Shown here one piece after another: positions 1 through 13,078 of a stretch of DNA of 64,000 nt. The position numbers and the translations under genes are program-made. The notes under the pieces are model-generated. The model saw nothing but the letters and a program-made list of their open reading frames with translations, made no database searches and was not told where the DNA came from. This DNA comes from Octopus sinensis (taxonomy: Eukaryota): contig NC_043018.1 of assembly GCF_006345805.1 (NCBI RefSeq), forward strand, positions 16,616,001 through 16,680,000, given 5' to 3'. Position 1 is the stretch's first letter. Each line of letters begins with the position of its first letter.

Positions 1-601
1 TAGGTAAGTATGTATGTATGTATAAGCGCACATATACATTTATATACACTACAACACACATTTCCTCTCGTATTAAAAGCAAAAGTACATAAAAAGAAAG
101 AGGGAAGGAAAGAAAGATGGCGACTACTAATCAAAGAAAATTTTAAAGAGAGAGACAAAGATATGACTAGAAACTCTTAGTTTAGTGAGAGAGAGGAGAG
201 AGTTGAGGGGGAAAAGAAGAAGAAAGAGAGAGGGTGAAAGAGAAAGGGGTGAAAGAGACAGAGAGAGAGATAAGACTCGAAACTGTTGGTTGCTATGTGT
301 TACAAGGGATTATCAAGTGACATTTTTATAATTTAATGGCGGCAATGACGGGATATAGAGATAAGAAAGTTTACCCTTGCTTTTACAATTCAGATATCTG
401 AATTGAAAAGATTATACTATTTATTTGCTCGTTCGCTGAATTTATTTTATTGAAAAAGATAAAATACACACACGCATACACGCATCTCCACACACGAATC
501 CGCATACACAAATGCATATACATAGATAAACACATTTATATAAGCATGTAATCAGTCTAGTTTCGTAATTGTCTTTTCACTACGAAGGTGTATAGTTATA
601 G

Positions 602-1090
602 ACACACACACGCACACACAAAACACACACACACACGCAAACACACACACATATACACGCACACACGCGCACACACGCACACACAAAACACACATACACA
701 CACACGCACACACACACATACACACGCACACACACTAAACACACACAGACTAAACACACGCACACACAAAACACACACACACACAAACAGAAAACACACT
801 CACACACAAGCACACACATACATACACACGCACACACAAAACACACACACACAAACGCACACACAACACACCACGCACACAACCTAAACACACACACACA
901 AACACAACACAACACACAAAGACACAACACACACCAAACCACACACACACACAAAATCACACATACAACACACAACACACACCAAAGCACACACCACACA
1001 CACAACACACACACATACACACACACACACAACCACACAAAACACACACACACACACACACACACACCTCACTCACACACACACACACAC
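602..1090. repeat. Degenerate (CA)n microsatellite
   Basis: Interrupted CA/CACG/CAAAA runs; source of the HT/VC-rich ORFs in the track. Confidence 0.97.
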
Positions 1091-1191
1091 AACCGCGCAG
1101 AGGAGTCTGAAGTGTTTTTCACTGCTTCAAAACAAAATTCTCTGCATAAAATAAAACAGTGGACCCACAATGTGTTTGCAATACCAATACT

Positions 1192-1194
<3 letters not shown>

Positions 1195-1231
<37 letters not shown>

Positions 1232-1434
1232 AGTGTGTGTGTGTTTGAGTGTGGTGTGTGTGTGTGTGTTTGAGTGTGTGCGTGCGTGTGTGTGTGTGTT
1301 TGAGTGTGTGTGTGTGTATGTGTGTGTGTGTGGTTGAGTGTGTGTGCGTGTTGTGTGTGTGTGTGTGTGTGTGTTTTTGATTGTGTGCGTGCGTGTGTGT
1401 GTGGTGTGTTGTGTGTGTGTTTGAAGTGGTGTGC

Positions 1435-1469
<35 letters not shown>

Positions 1470-1491
1470 AGTGTGTGCGGTGGCGTGTGTG

Positions 1492-1524
<33 letters not shown>
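1195..1524. repeat. Degenerate (TG)n microsatellite
   Basis: Interrupted TG runs, inverted relative to the CA block about 100 bp upstream. Confidence 0.97.
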
Positions 1525-1525
<1 letters not shown>

Positions 1526-2084
1526 CAAAAGACCCGTTAATTAATAAAGCTGTGCTGTTTGAAGACGAATGGAAGTACCATAGAAACCAACGACAAAATG
1601 GCTTCATTGCAAATACTCGTTTGATGCAATTGCTGTACTCTTGGTTGCTAGAGTCACTCCATTTGGCACAATTACTTGCTGCTTTGGTTAATACCATTGA
1701 AATACTTTGAAAACATCGTGTCGAAAATTTTATCCTTACAGGTGAAAGAACACATTTGTTCGTAGGCGATATTCCAAGGACACAGACAATTTCCATGTTT
1801 CTAAGTAGCTTGTCATTAAATCGACTGTCATTTAGAAAATTCCATTGGCCATAGGCTGGATTAGACAGAAGAATTTGCTAAGAATTTCAAGTGATATATG
1901 GATGAATTTAGCCAAAAGAAATGTTCGTATATGACAGTTGAACGCGGAGAAGCAGATTTCTAAACATTATACGTTAGCATCCGTTGTCTTTCATCCTCGC
2001 CTGCTACTTAACACTTCGAGGTCTTCAATTTAAGTGGCTTTACCATACTCTTATGGACAGGTGTCCAAAGCCTTAGACAGTCAA

Positions 2085-2139
<55 letters not shown>

Positions 2140-2166
2140 TATAGATAGATAGATAGATAGGTAGGG

Positions 2167-2203
<37 letters not shown>

Positions 2204-2438
2204 ATAAATCGATCGATAGATAGATAGATAGATAGATAGATATAGATAGATAGATAGGGAGATAGATAGATATATAGTGATAGATAGATAGATAGATAGA
2301 TATATAGATCTGAAGATAGGTAAGGGAGGATAGAATAGGAATCGATGATAGATAGATAGATAGATAGATAGAATAAATAAATCGATCGATATCGGACTAG
2401 AGTTATATAGATAGATAGATAGAATATGATGATAGAGG

Positions 2439-2482
<44 letters not shown>

Positions 2483-2504
2483 TAGATAGATAGATAGATA
2501 GATA
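2085..2504. repeat. (GATA)n tetranucleotide repeat
   Basis: Direct reading of sequence; interrupted GATA array. Confidence 0.97.
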
Positions 2505-3060
2505 ATTCAAAAGTTCTTCTAGCAATAGTATAACACCAGCTAAAATGGAGCTCAGTATAGCTTCTTCATGTCTCCCACTGTACATCTCGACCACACGTCA
2601 CCGCGTGTTTTACCCCATCTTGTTTCATACTTCCAACAGCATTCTTTAATCTCCGGCCGATTGCAGTACACATATTGGCAGTTACGGTTCAAAGATTCTA
2701 GGTTAGATGGCAATGTTGCAATACTATTAGCTGTCCGGATAAACCCAAATTGTTTCAAAGGGTTTGCCTGGACTACTAAGCAGAATTTTACTTTGCCTTT
2801 ATAAAGAAACAATGATAGTGAATTTTGTGTATGTGGCTGTTTATGTGTGTGTGTGTGTGTGTGTGTGTGGTGGTATGCTTGTGTGGGTGGGCGGGTGTTA
2901 TAATGTAGTATAGAATGGTATTTCTTCACGAAACTTCACACCAGATAACATCGCTTCTTCGTCACCTCTTTTTAGAAACGTCATATCTACACAAAACGCG
3001 AAATATCGAGTTGTAGTTTGATAACTTTATATCAGTAAAATCCGTTTTCCGAACATAAAA

Positions 3061-3174
3061 GAAATTCTACAATAGCAGTTCAATAATTATTATTAAATGA
3101 TATACAGAAATAAAGGTGAAATTCTACAATAGCAGTTCAATAATTATTATTAAATGATATACAGAAATAAAAGT
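3061..3174. repeat. 57-bp tandem duplication (2 copies)
   Basis: gaaattctacaatagcagttcaataattattattaaatgatatacagaaataaa(g/a)gt at 3061 and 3118; one mismatch. Confidence 0.95.
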
Positions 3175-3589
3175 GAAATAAATATAAATCGCTTATGGAC
3201 GAAATGATAAACGATATTAGTGTCTAGAAGACGGTAAATAAGCGTTAGACGGTATTGCGCACTTAAGAAAACAAAACAGGAAATTTAGAAATGTTTTTTC
3301 ACCGAAAACACTTTTACAGCGTAGGTGCAGCTTTGTGTTTTGATATTTTACTGATAACTACTGTATTTTCACTCAATACTGGAGGAAGAGTTACGTAAAT
3401 AAGTCAACAACTTTAGAAAGATTGACTTTAAATCTAAGGAGCTGTGACCTTGCAACTACTTATATTCCTTACAGTATTGTTTACTATTTTATATTCGTGT
3501 CTTGCTTGAATTGCTCTCATATACTTGCCATTGAAGATTGTACTAATGCTACAGCTGAGTTATTTACATCTGATATCTGATAGAATTAA

Positions 3590-3800
3590 AGTGACGAGCT
3601 GGCAGAACAATTAGTGCGCAGGGTAAAATGCTTAGCAGCATTTCGTCCGTCTTTAGGTTTCGAATTCAAATTCCGCTCAGGTTGACTTTGATTTTTCTTC
3701 TTTTCAGAATTGATAAAATAAGTAAATTTGAGTGCTGGGGTCGATATAATCGACTCCGCCGCTCCCCGAATTTACTGGCCAAATGCCAAAATCTGAAACC
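3590..3800 (+). mobile_element. SINE family A, diverged copy
   Basis: gagctggcagaac...ttcaaattccg...ctggggtcgatataatcgact; colinear with the young copy at 4413-4635. Confidence 0.85.
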
Positions 3801-3816
3801 AATGTTTGATGGGTTT

Positions 3817-3975
3817 TAAGGCGGCGAGATGGCAAAACAGTTAGCATGACGGACAAAATGTTCAGTGGCATTTCACCTGTCTGCACGTTCTGTGTTCAAA
3901 TTCCTCCGAATCGACTTTGCCGGTCATACCTTCGGGGTCGATAAATCAAGTATCTGTCAAATACTGGAATCAACG
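3817..3975 (+). mobile_element. SINE family A, diverged copy
   Basis: aaggcggcgagatggcaaaacagttagc...gttcaaattcc...cttcggggtcgataaatcaagta. Confidence 0.85.
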
Positions 3976-4185
3976 TAATTGAATTCGCCCCTCTCCTCAA
4001 AGACTGGGTTTGTCCTTAAGTACTAGGATCTAAGCACGTCAATTCGTCCCTGTCCTCAAGAACTATTACTCTTTTCAAATACGAAGGTTAATGTAATTGA
4101 ATTCGTGTCTCTCCTCAAAGACTGGGACTCTCTCCAAGTTCTGGGATCAATGTAACTGAATTCGTCCCTCTACTCAAAACCGCTT
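3962..4185. repeat. Diverged ~59-bp tandem repeat (~3.8 units) at the SINE 3' end
   Basis: Units start at 3962, 4021, 4080 and 4139; shared core aattcg..cct.t.ctcaa. Confidence 0.8.
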
Positions 4186-4250
4186 ATTCAAAACTGCCAA
4201 CATTAGAGACTGTTACTATTTGAACAAAGTGTTTTACAATTTCCTATAAC

Positions 4251-4360
4251 CTGAGGTCAAATCCCATCAAAGTCACCTTTGCTTTTTATCCTTTCGTTTC
4301 TAATTAAGTGAAGTACCAGTCACGTACTGAGGTCGATGGCACCGACTGGCCTTCGTGCTC
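4251..4360 (+). mobile_element. SINE family A, 5'-truncated diverged fragment
   Basis: gaggtcaaatccc...ctttgctttttatcctttcg...aagtaccagtcacgtactgaggtcgat. Confidence 0.75.
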
Positions 4361-4412
4361 ATAATCTCTTTTCTTGTACCTTAGTTATAGATTATTGGTA
4401 TTGTAAGTTCCC

Positions 4413-4635
4413 AAGGCAGCGAGCTGGCAGAAACGTTAGCACGCCGGGCGAAATGCTCAGCGGTATTTCGTCTGCCGCTAGGTTCTGAGTTCAAATTCCG
4501 CCGAGGTCGACTTTGCCTTTCATCCTTTCGGGGTCGATTAAATAAGTACCAGTTATGCACTGGGGTCGATATAATCGACTCTGTCCTTGTTTGTCCCCTC
4601 TGTGTTTAGCACCTTGTGGGTAGTAAAAGAAATAT
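4413..4635 (+). mobile_element. SINE family A, full-length young copy with 15-bp TSD
   Basis: Pol III-like A box (TGGCAGAAACG) and B box (GTTCAAATTCC); 3' hairpin GTCGAT-ATA-ATCGAC; A-rich tail; TSD gtattgtaagttccc at 4398-4412 and 4636-4650. tRNA-derived SINEs are known in octopus (OK/OR1/OR2), but I cannot assign the family name. Confidence 0.92.
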
Positions 4636-5874
4636 GTATTGTAAGTTCCCTTCCCAACAGGCAGTTACCTTCACCCTTGATCGTCTAGGGTTGATTCAGT
4701 AGTTACCAAACAACAGAAGCTGTCGACTTAACTCATTAGTTTGTAATTATATTCCTCTGTGAAAAAGTAATTTTGTTTATTTTTCATATTTTCTTATCGT
4801 TGTCTTTGTAATAGTGAATTCTTTAATCCTGATAACTAATTATATTGACTATAGGGTTGTGTTTAATAAACTATCTCCATCAGTATGAGCGCTGTCCTTC
4901 GTACGTGTCGGAATATATCAGATCTGAAGTAAATGTCATCTAGACTTCATTGCTTAGTTTAACTTCTACATCTCTTGCAGTTCTTAATATATAACATCAA
5001 AACTTGTGTAAGTTGCCTCAGAGTTACAATTGATTTCGTAATGATATTCTCAGTTAGTTTTAATCTTCATCTCCCGTTTATATTCATTAGAGATTACTTC
5101 TTTTGATATCTTGTATCGTGTCGTTTCTAATTATCATAATATGCTTCATAGGTTTCTAGTCCTTCTTCTTTAATGTCAGTTTTCACCGTTCATTGATTTT
5201 GTAATTGAGTCCACTTATCACAACGTGTTGACCAAACTCTATGGCATATTTATCAAAGCAAAATACTACGAAGTTACATTTTTGAAAAATATTTTCTAAC
5301 ACTAATTCTGTAACTTATTAATTCGACTGTAATACAGCTTAATGTCAACCATTAGGCGAAAAAAGTTTCGATTCCATTGACTTTTTTCTCTTTTATCTAT
5401 TCCTTTTTATTCCGAGGTTTCGGATGTTTTTATTATTATTATTAGAATCGGATTTTCTCCTAATGTTGATGTTTAATCTAGCCCATTTCTGGTTGAATCG
5501 ACCTTTGAACAATGACATCCCACCCATGGCCATCTAGTCTTGATATGATACTTTGTTTAAGGCTACAATATTCGTTCAGAGAATAGTATGATGCTGGAAA
5601 AAAAGCCACGAAAGACCATCAAGAGAACGAGGGAAGTTGGTTCTACATCGGATTTCGCACCGATGGAAACTTCTTCAACTTTCGGTGGTTTCAGACTCCC
5701 ATCAAAACCAGAGAAAACGATCTGAGAGCTCTTTTTCCCAATGCTGCTGCACTTGTGCACACCGAGAGTCATGCAGTACGTCACTTCATTCTTTGCAAAT
5801 TTTTTCTGATCTTTTTGGCCTAGAAGCCAGCTTGAAGAAGATTGAAGTCCTCCACCAAATATTTTTATGAAGAA

Positions 5875-6040
5875 AGGCGAAGACCTGGCAAAAAACATTG
5901 ACTGACCAAACAAGATGCATAACAACATTTCGTCCGTCTTTATGTTCTGAGTTCAAATTCCACCGAAGTTGCATTTACGTTACATTCTTTCGGGGTCGAT
6001 AAAATAAGTACCAGATGAACTCTAGGACTGACGTAACCGC
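5875..6040 (+). mobile_element. SINE family A, diverged copy
   Basis: aaggcgaagacctggcaaaaac...ttctgagttcaaattcc...ttcggggtcgataaaataagtacca. Confidence 0.8.
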
Positions 6041-6114
6041 CGAATCCCTCCTTTGAAATTGCTGGTCTTTGAAATGAATATTTTCATGAAGCTGGCAATG
6101 TATTTTATAAAGAA

Positions 6115-6508
6115 CTTGCAGTATCGCCCGGCGTTGCTCGGGTTTGTAAGGGAAATAACTATATAAGCATTTTTAGAGATGTAAAGTATAATAGCCATCA
6201 CAAATGGCTAACCCCAAAGAGGGTGTGTTACTGTAGCTTTTTACGTTCTGAGATTTATTAATTAATTTTTAGAGAGTTACTTCCCTTATATACGCCAAAA
6301 TGCATTAAAAATGGGAAAAATTGATGGTAAATTTTTTTTTAAATCGTAGACTCATCGTAGACGCGCGCTAATACCCAGAAGGGCTCGATATGAATCACGA
6401 CTATAAGATACCCGGTTTTGGTTAAACTGCACCGCAAAATGTGGGAGTAGTTAGGAATCTAAATCGTAGGAGACAGACAGCACACAACCTCACTTTTATA
6501 TATAAAGA
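6115..6508 (-). mobile_element. Non-autonomous Helitron
   Basis: On the minus strand: 5' TC, 3' hairpin cccgagcaacgccggg 8 nt before CAAG (CTAG variant), inserted between A and T with no TSD; near-identical to 53844-54236. Confidence 0.85.
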
Positions 6509-6919
6509 TTTTCACAATTTTTCAGTAGAAATATATTCAACGTGTATTGTTATTCTGTTACCTACTTCAGTCTTTCCCCCCTGTTTATTTCGATATTTGG
6601 TAAGTTTTCTATCTTATTTCTGTCTTTAACTTCTTCCTTTTATGTTTGATTTATTCCTTAATTTTATGCTTCGATCTTTCTCCAAAATCTTGCGGTTTCT
6701 TGCTTTCTTGTTTGCCCTCCTTAGGGGCATTTTATTTTCGTCTTTGTTGTCTCAGAACAGTTTTGTTTCGGTTCAATTGTTCCATTGGAATCGTTTCTAT
6801 CCTCCAGGTTTTCACTGACACCAGTTGCAACACGGATTTCTTTGAATTGGCAAAGTTCGTGCTTTACAGAAATTTCGTAGCATTATTTCTTTGTAGTCAT
6901 TGTTGATATTTCTACATTT

Positions 6920-6921
<2 letters not shown>

Positions 6922-6978
<57 letters not shown>

Positions 6979-7310
6979 GTGTGTGTGTGTGTGAGTGTGT
7001 GTGTGTGTATGCTTATTACTTCTATTTCTGATTTCCCATATAATTGTTGCCTATTATGCCTAGGATAGGGAACGTCATATTCTCTCTTTCGCATTACCCC
7101 GTCGTTCGTTCGCTTTGTTTATATACATATACATGCATAAACACATATACATAGATATATACACACACACATATGTGTATGCATTCATATTTTTACACAC
7201 ATGCACACACACATATATATTATATATATTATATATATACATACATACATACATATACATACACACACTCACACACACATACACACACGTATATATATGC
7301 ATACGTGTAT
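6922..7310. repeat. (TG)n and (TA)n/(CA)n microsatellites
   Basis: TG run at 6922-7010; mixed TA/CA at ~7120-7310. Confidence 0.9.
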
Positions 7311-7344
7311 TTACCTAAGTTTGTCGCTAAACTTGCTGTTGTTG

Positions 7345-7444
7345 TTCTTCTTCTACTTCTTTTTCTTCCTCTTCTTCTTCTCCTCCTTCTTCTTCTTCTA
7401 CTTCTTCCTTTCTTCCTCTTCTTTCTCGTTTTCTTCTTCTTCTC

Positions 7445-7475
<31 letters not shown>

Positions 7476-7494
7476 TCTTCTTCTTACTCCACTG

Positions 7495-7525
<31 letters not shown>

Positions 7526-8057
7526 CTCCTCGTCTTCCTCTTCTTCTTCTTCTTCTCCTTCCTCTTCTTCTCCTTCTTCTTCTTCTTCTTCTTCTTCTTC
7601 TCCTCCTTCTTCTTCTTTCTTCTTCTTCTTCTCCTTCTTCTTCTTTCTTCTTCTTCTCCTCCTTCTTCTTCTTTCTTCTTCTTCTTCTCCTCCTTCTTCT
7701 TTCTTCTTCTTCTCCTCCTCCTTCTTCTTCTTCTTCTTCTTCTTCTCCTCCTTCTTCTTCTTCTCTTCTTCTTCTTCTTCTCCTCCTTCTTCTTCTTCTT
7801 CTTCTTCTTCTCCTCCTTCTTCTTTCTTCTTCTTCTCCTCTCCTTCTTCTTCTTCTCTTCTTCTTCTCCTCCTTCTTCTTCTTCTTCTTCTTCTCCTCCT
7901 TCTTCTTTCTTCTTCTTCTCCTCCTTCTTTCTTCTTCTTCTTCTCCTCCTTCTTCTTTCTTCTTCTCCTCCTCCTTCTTCTCTTCTTCTTCTTCTCCTCC
8001 TCCTTCTTCTTCTTCTTCTTCTCCTTCTTCTTCTCCTTCTTCTTCTTCTTCTTCTTC
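7345..8057. repeat. ~710-bp (CTT)n/(CTC)n polypyrimidine tract
   Basis: Almost pure pyrimidine + strand; explains the 219-317 aa poly-S/F/L/E/K ORFs. Confidence 0.97.
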
Positions 8058-8599
8058 CGCCGTAATTGGTTTCCCTTGCTATCGATATCCTTCTCGTAGT
8101 CGTAAGTCTTTGACGATGCTATCGCCGTTGTTCCTATTTTCACTCTTATTATAATCTTATCGTTGCTGTTGCTATTATTATGCTAGTTGTTGTTGTTGCT
8201 GTTGTTGTTTGACTTAAACACAAAACAGTTTGTTTATCCTTGTTATGTTTATCCGTCTATTAAAATCGCTTTACCCAATGTTTTCTTTTGTATGCAATGC
8301 CACCGCTTTGGATGCTGTTTCTTTTCAAGAAAACCTTATTTTGGAACTTTGTTATCTGACTATTCACGAGGAAATATAGACAACAACAACAACAACAACA
8401 ACAACAATAAAATAACAATACTCGTTGGAGACATTCTTTCAAATTTCGGCAACCAGTTTGAATTAATGAGACAGTTCTTTATTTTGTTTGAAATATTTGA
8501 CCGTTGAGAAAATCTAAATATCAACAACAATTTTTAAATGAAATTATTTAAAGACGTATCGCTGGACACGGCTTCACATGAATAGACATTATAAGAGTT

Positions 8600-8720
8600 A
8601 CCATGGCAGAAAATTTAAACCAGCACACATGACAGAGTTTAGTTATTTTCAACAGTATTCTAGGTTCGAATTCGACCTAGTTGACTTTATATTTCATCCT
8701 TCTGAGATGTCGATAAAAGT
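8600..8720 (+). mobile_element. SINE family A, highly diverged fragment
   Basis: tggcagaaaat...ggttcgaattcgacc...gactttatatttcatccttctgagatgtcgataaaag. Confidence 0.6.
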
Positions 8721-8959
8721 CTTAATTTCCGAGCCGAAATATATCGAGTCGTGCTTTCCAGAAAGTAACCGATCTGCTGTCAATATATGTAATAGTTAAA
8801 GGAAAACTGGTTCTGGGATATATTTCCTTCACCGAGGAAGTATGATAAAGCTGAAATGATTTAAAAGTTATCTCTCGTACTTGAGAAAATTTTTCAAGTA
8901 ATATTAATTGAATTAATTCTGCCCCCCCCCCCCATCACATAATTGTCATTTCTTGTTAT

Positions 8960-9150
8960 CGTTAGCCACTTCACACATTTCTTTCTCTCCTTGTTTCTCT
9001 CCTTGTTTTTTCTGTGTCCCTTTCTGTAGAAGAGCGTAGGCTCGAAACGTACAAGACTTTTTCTATTCCTGAGCGTTATACTAATATATCTATTTGTTTT
9101 GTACACCACCTGTCTTCGTCTTTTGTTTTTTATTTCGTAAACTCTCCCTA
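8960..9150 (+). mobile_element. Penelope-like element terminal fragment (putative)
   Basis: Pyrimidine-rich stretch, then gaagagcgtaggctcgaaacgt...ttcctgagcgt, resembling the GAAGA...CGAAAC motif of PLE ends; related to 28082-28297. Class is inferred. Confidence 0.55.
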
Positions 9151-10848
9151 TAATATGTAATGAATCAGATAGAGCCGACAGTTTGATGTATTAGTGCAGC
9201 ATAAATATATGAGACAATAGTAATATTAGAAAAATAAAACTATTCTACAGGATATTTAGACAAATTGCAAAACTACAAATTCTATGCCAAACGTTTCAGT
9301 AACAATCTCTGTCTGTCTACGGTAGAATAACTTAGAACTGGAATAAACTGAAGAACTGTTATGCAAAAAAAAAAGAACGAAGGAAAACCCAGAAAATTAT
9401 TCCGTTCATTACGAATCTACCATTCCAAAATGAATATACGGATTCACACACACAAACACACACATTATTACAACATATCATATAATACATACACACACAA
9501 GTGCGTGTGCATGCGCGCGCGTGTGAGTGCGCATGCACTATGAAGACAAAGAGGAAGGAGCCAGATAAAAAATATAAAGAAATATTACAAAGTAGCAACA
9601 ATGTGGGCAGAAAATATATTTCAGTTAAACAAAGGTAGACCTATTCTTAAAGGAAGAGACAACATGAGCCCTCTTATCTATGTTTAGGTTTATATAAACT
9701 AGAAGCTAGAAACATCGAAGAAAAGTTATAGATAACACAATTAGTAAAAGAACACAAATTAAAGATAATACTAGAAAAAAGAAATAGGGGAAAAAAACGC
9801 CGCATCTAACGTTAATATCTTGCAAGGCTGGACAGGAGAAGAGGTGAACCATTATGGAAGCAGCAATAGCTCCAAAGGTGTCTAATAAATGGTAAATGCA
9901 GCCCAACAAGATGTACGTCTCACTACATCAGAAAAAAAAAAACATTTATGAGGCTGCTGTTATAACGAGGTCATGTATTCTACTTAAAGACTGTCAATCA
10001 TCTAATTTTTTTTTTCGGTTATCTAATTACCAAAATTACAAAACCTAACTACTCATACGACTAGCTTAAAGACATTGAGAGTAAAATACAAACACTTAAT
10101 CATCCTGAAGATGGAATATATAGCCTACGTGTGTACGAAATTATTTTAGAGAGTGTGACGAGGTTACGATCCTTTGAAACATTTCTGTACTTTCTGACAA
10201 GGAAATAAAATTGAATTGCCTCAATATCGTCACAAGGAAGAGACAGGATAAATTGTAGACGATGAGGGACATCGAAAAAAACTTGTGATTAAGACAGCGT
10301 TAGAAACGAATGAAGATTTATGACAATTCAGAAGCTTTGAAATAGAAGTAAATTTGACATAGGGCAGAAAAGTAAAACGTGTGTGATTATGATAATTTGC
10401 ACAACACTTTCTCAGTATCTTTCTTTCTCTGTCTGTCTGTCTGTCTCTCTCTACATCTCTCTCTGTCTCCCTCCCTCCCTCTCTCTCTCTCTCTCTCTGT
10501 CACCCTCTCTATCACAAACACACACACACACACACACACTCACTCACTCTCATTTTTATGTTATTCATTGTTTGTTAAGACCAAAAAGAAACTAGACGCG
10601 AACTTTCTGGCTTGTAAATTCATCGGTAAATTTCTCCCAATGATAATATTCATTTCTCTGTTTTATAAATTAAGGTTGGATTAGTAACAAAGAAGAATAC
10701 AGAAATACCCAACACCCGCCAACCCTACACACGCTCATGTATTTATATATATGAAGAAGAGATAACTGTCTAGTAGAAAGTAGTAAGTTTATGGGCGGCT
10801 AAAATCCTTTTGAAGGTGCGTGTGCGTGTATGTGTATGTGTATGTGTG

Positions 10849-10880
<32 letters not shown>

Positions 10881-11129
10881 CGGGGGGTGGTTGGAAAGCA
10901 TCATTGTGTGGATGTGTGTGTAGAAAGACAGAGAGAGAGATAAGAGTTTTGAATGTCAAAATATACATTTCCAAATCCGATACGCAGTTTTACTATCAAC
11001 AATACCAAACTGCCGACAGAATGGTGAATTATTCCTCTCTTAAATTATTACTTCTCCATGGAATTCCAAATGATGCGTCATTTTTTCCTCCTTATCGTTT
11101 TGCATTCTCTCTCATACTCAGAAAAATTG

Positions 11130-11215
11130 TGGTACACACACACAAACACCCCCCACACCCCCACACACACACATAGATCCACACACACACACAAATACAC
11201 ACATACATACGTATT

Positions 11216-11312
<97 letters not shown>

Positions 11313-11347
11313 TATATATATGTGTATATATATATATACATATATAT
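11130..11347. repeat. (CA)n-(TA)n compound microsatellite
   Basis: Direct reading. Confidence 0.95.
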
Positions 11348-11983
11348 CATGGTCTGCGCAGACCATTAATAATGACATGCAGAATCTGTAACAATGTATA
11401 TCTTCTTGAAAACTTAGTAAATTCTAATGCTTGGGTGAGACAGCATGCTCTTTGTCTATCTCCTTAACTTCTTGGAAATTTTAGGTATAATTATACTAAT
11501 GTGTCCATCTGTTCCAATTTAAGTAAATTCTATGTCTTTGTGCAACTGAAGATTGCTCTGCATTTTAAATTGATGCAAAGATTGCATTGTTCAATTAAAT
11601 GGAGTTGCATGAAACGATCGTACTGCATTACCTCTAGATATCCTTGTTGCTTATTTTGATTTTAATCACTTTACTTTGTAATTGTATGGATAATACCGTA
11701 CTAAATTCTGGTGCCTCAACATAAGTACCATATTCATATGAATCTAAATATATATATATATATATATATAGGTGTATGCGTGTGAGAGAGAGTTTTTGTG
11801 CATGTGTGTGTGTGTGTATGTGTGTGTAATGTTATGTAGTATAATTTGTACGACTTTACAAGGATTTTATCTACATTCTTGAATATTTTTGAATGTGAAA
11901 ACAATTTTGAACTGATACCTCATTGTGGCAAAGAAGAAAATATAAAGCAAACGAAATATACTTATAATTGCAAGTAGTAGTAA

Positions 11984-12017
<34 letters not shown>

Positions 12018-12733
12018 CGGAGCTAGAACAACGTTGTATGTCAGGTGAAAGACTAATCACCTCTCAGCTTTTTTCAATTCAATTACCAGACACTAATAAA
12101 TTGATTATTTTGTTTCTGAAAAGTATCAGCAATTAATTTTTTTTTCTTTATTTTTACTCTTTGGTAGAAAAAAAAATTTCCTACTTGAGATTGAGAAGCT
12201 CTATCTCAGGTGATATATCGATCCATCGATGAAACACCGTTGTGTGTGTGTGTGTGGATAATAACCTAGTAATCCGCTGTTCTTCAACTGATTTTTCCTT
12301 CCCACTGAATGGACTTAAATCAATCAGTTCCATTTCTAAACACCGAATACTATCTTAACACACACTCACTGTATATGTATATACTATTATATTTCAGTAT
12401 CTGTGTGTGTGTGTTGTATTTGATCATTTCTATCTAATAGAAGTACAAAATGGACTAAGCGGAGCAGGAGCACATACTTGGACGAAAAGTGTCGCTGAAG
12501 AGATCTCTGGTGTAAGACGAAAGATTTACGGGCAAAGGATCGAATATATAATGAGTGTGTTTATTTGGCAAAAAAAAAAAAATGACTATTTGAAATACAA
12601 CAATATCTGTTTCAACACACGGTTTCACATCAAGAATCTAACAACACAAATTCATAAACTGATACACATGTGTGTGTGTGTGTATATATATATGTGTGTA
12701 TATATATATATACATACATATACACGCACGCAC

Positions 12734-12734
<1 letters not shown>

Positions 12735-12794
<60 letters not shown>

Positions 12795-12798
12795 GAAG

Positions 12799-12878
<80 letters not shown>

Positions 12879-12933
12879 CAGATAGATAGATAGATATAGA
12901 TAGATAGATATAGATAGATATAGATAGATAGAT

Positions 12934-12987
<54 letters not shown>

Positions 12988-12999
12988 GGATAGATAGAC

Positions 13000-13077
<78 letters not shown>

Positions 13078-13078
13078 A
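12735..13078. repeat. (GATA)n tetranucleotide repeat
   Basis: Direct reading. Confidence 0.97.

Noticed and set aside
580-1796. HT/VC-rich ORFs here and similar IY/LSIY ORFs at 12.6, 23.3, 36.5 and 39.5 kb
   Set aside because: Di- and tetranucleotide microsatellite artefacts.
7173-8154. 219-317 aa ORFs
   Set aside because: Translations of the CTT/CTC tract, which lacks stops in most frames.
11349-11366. Perfect 18-bp palindrome atggtctgcgcagaccat
   Set aside because: 9-bp arms are within chance for 64 kb; no partner end found.
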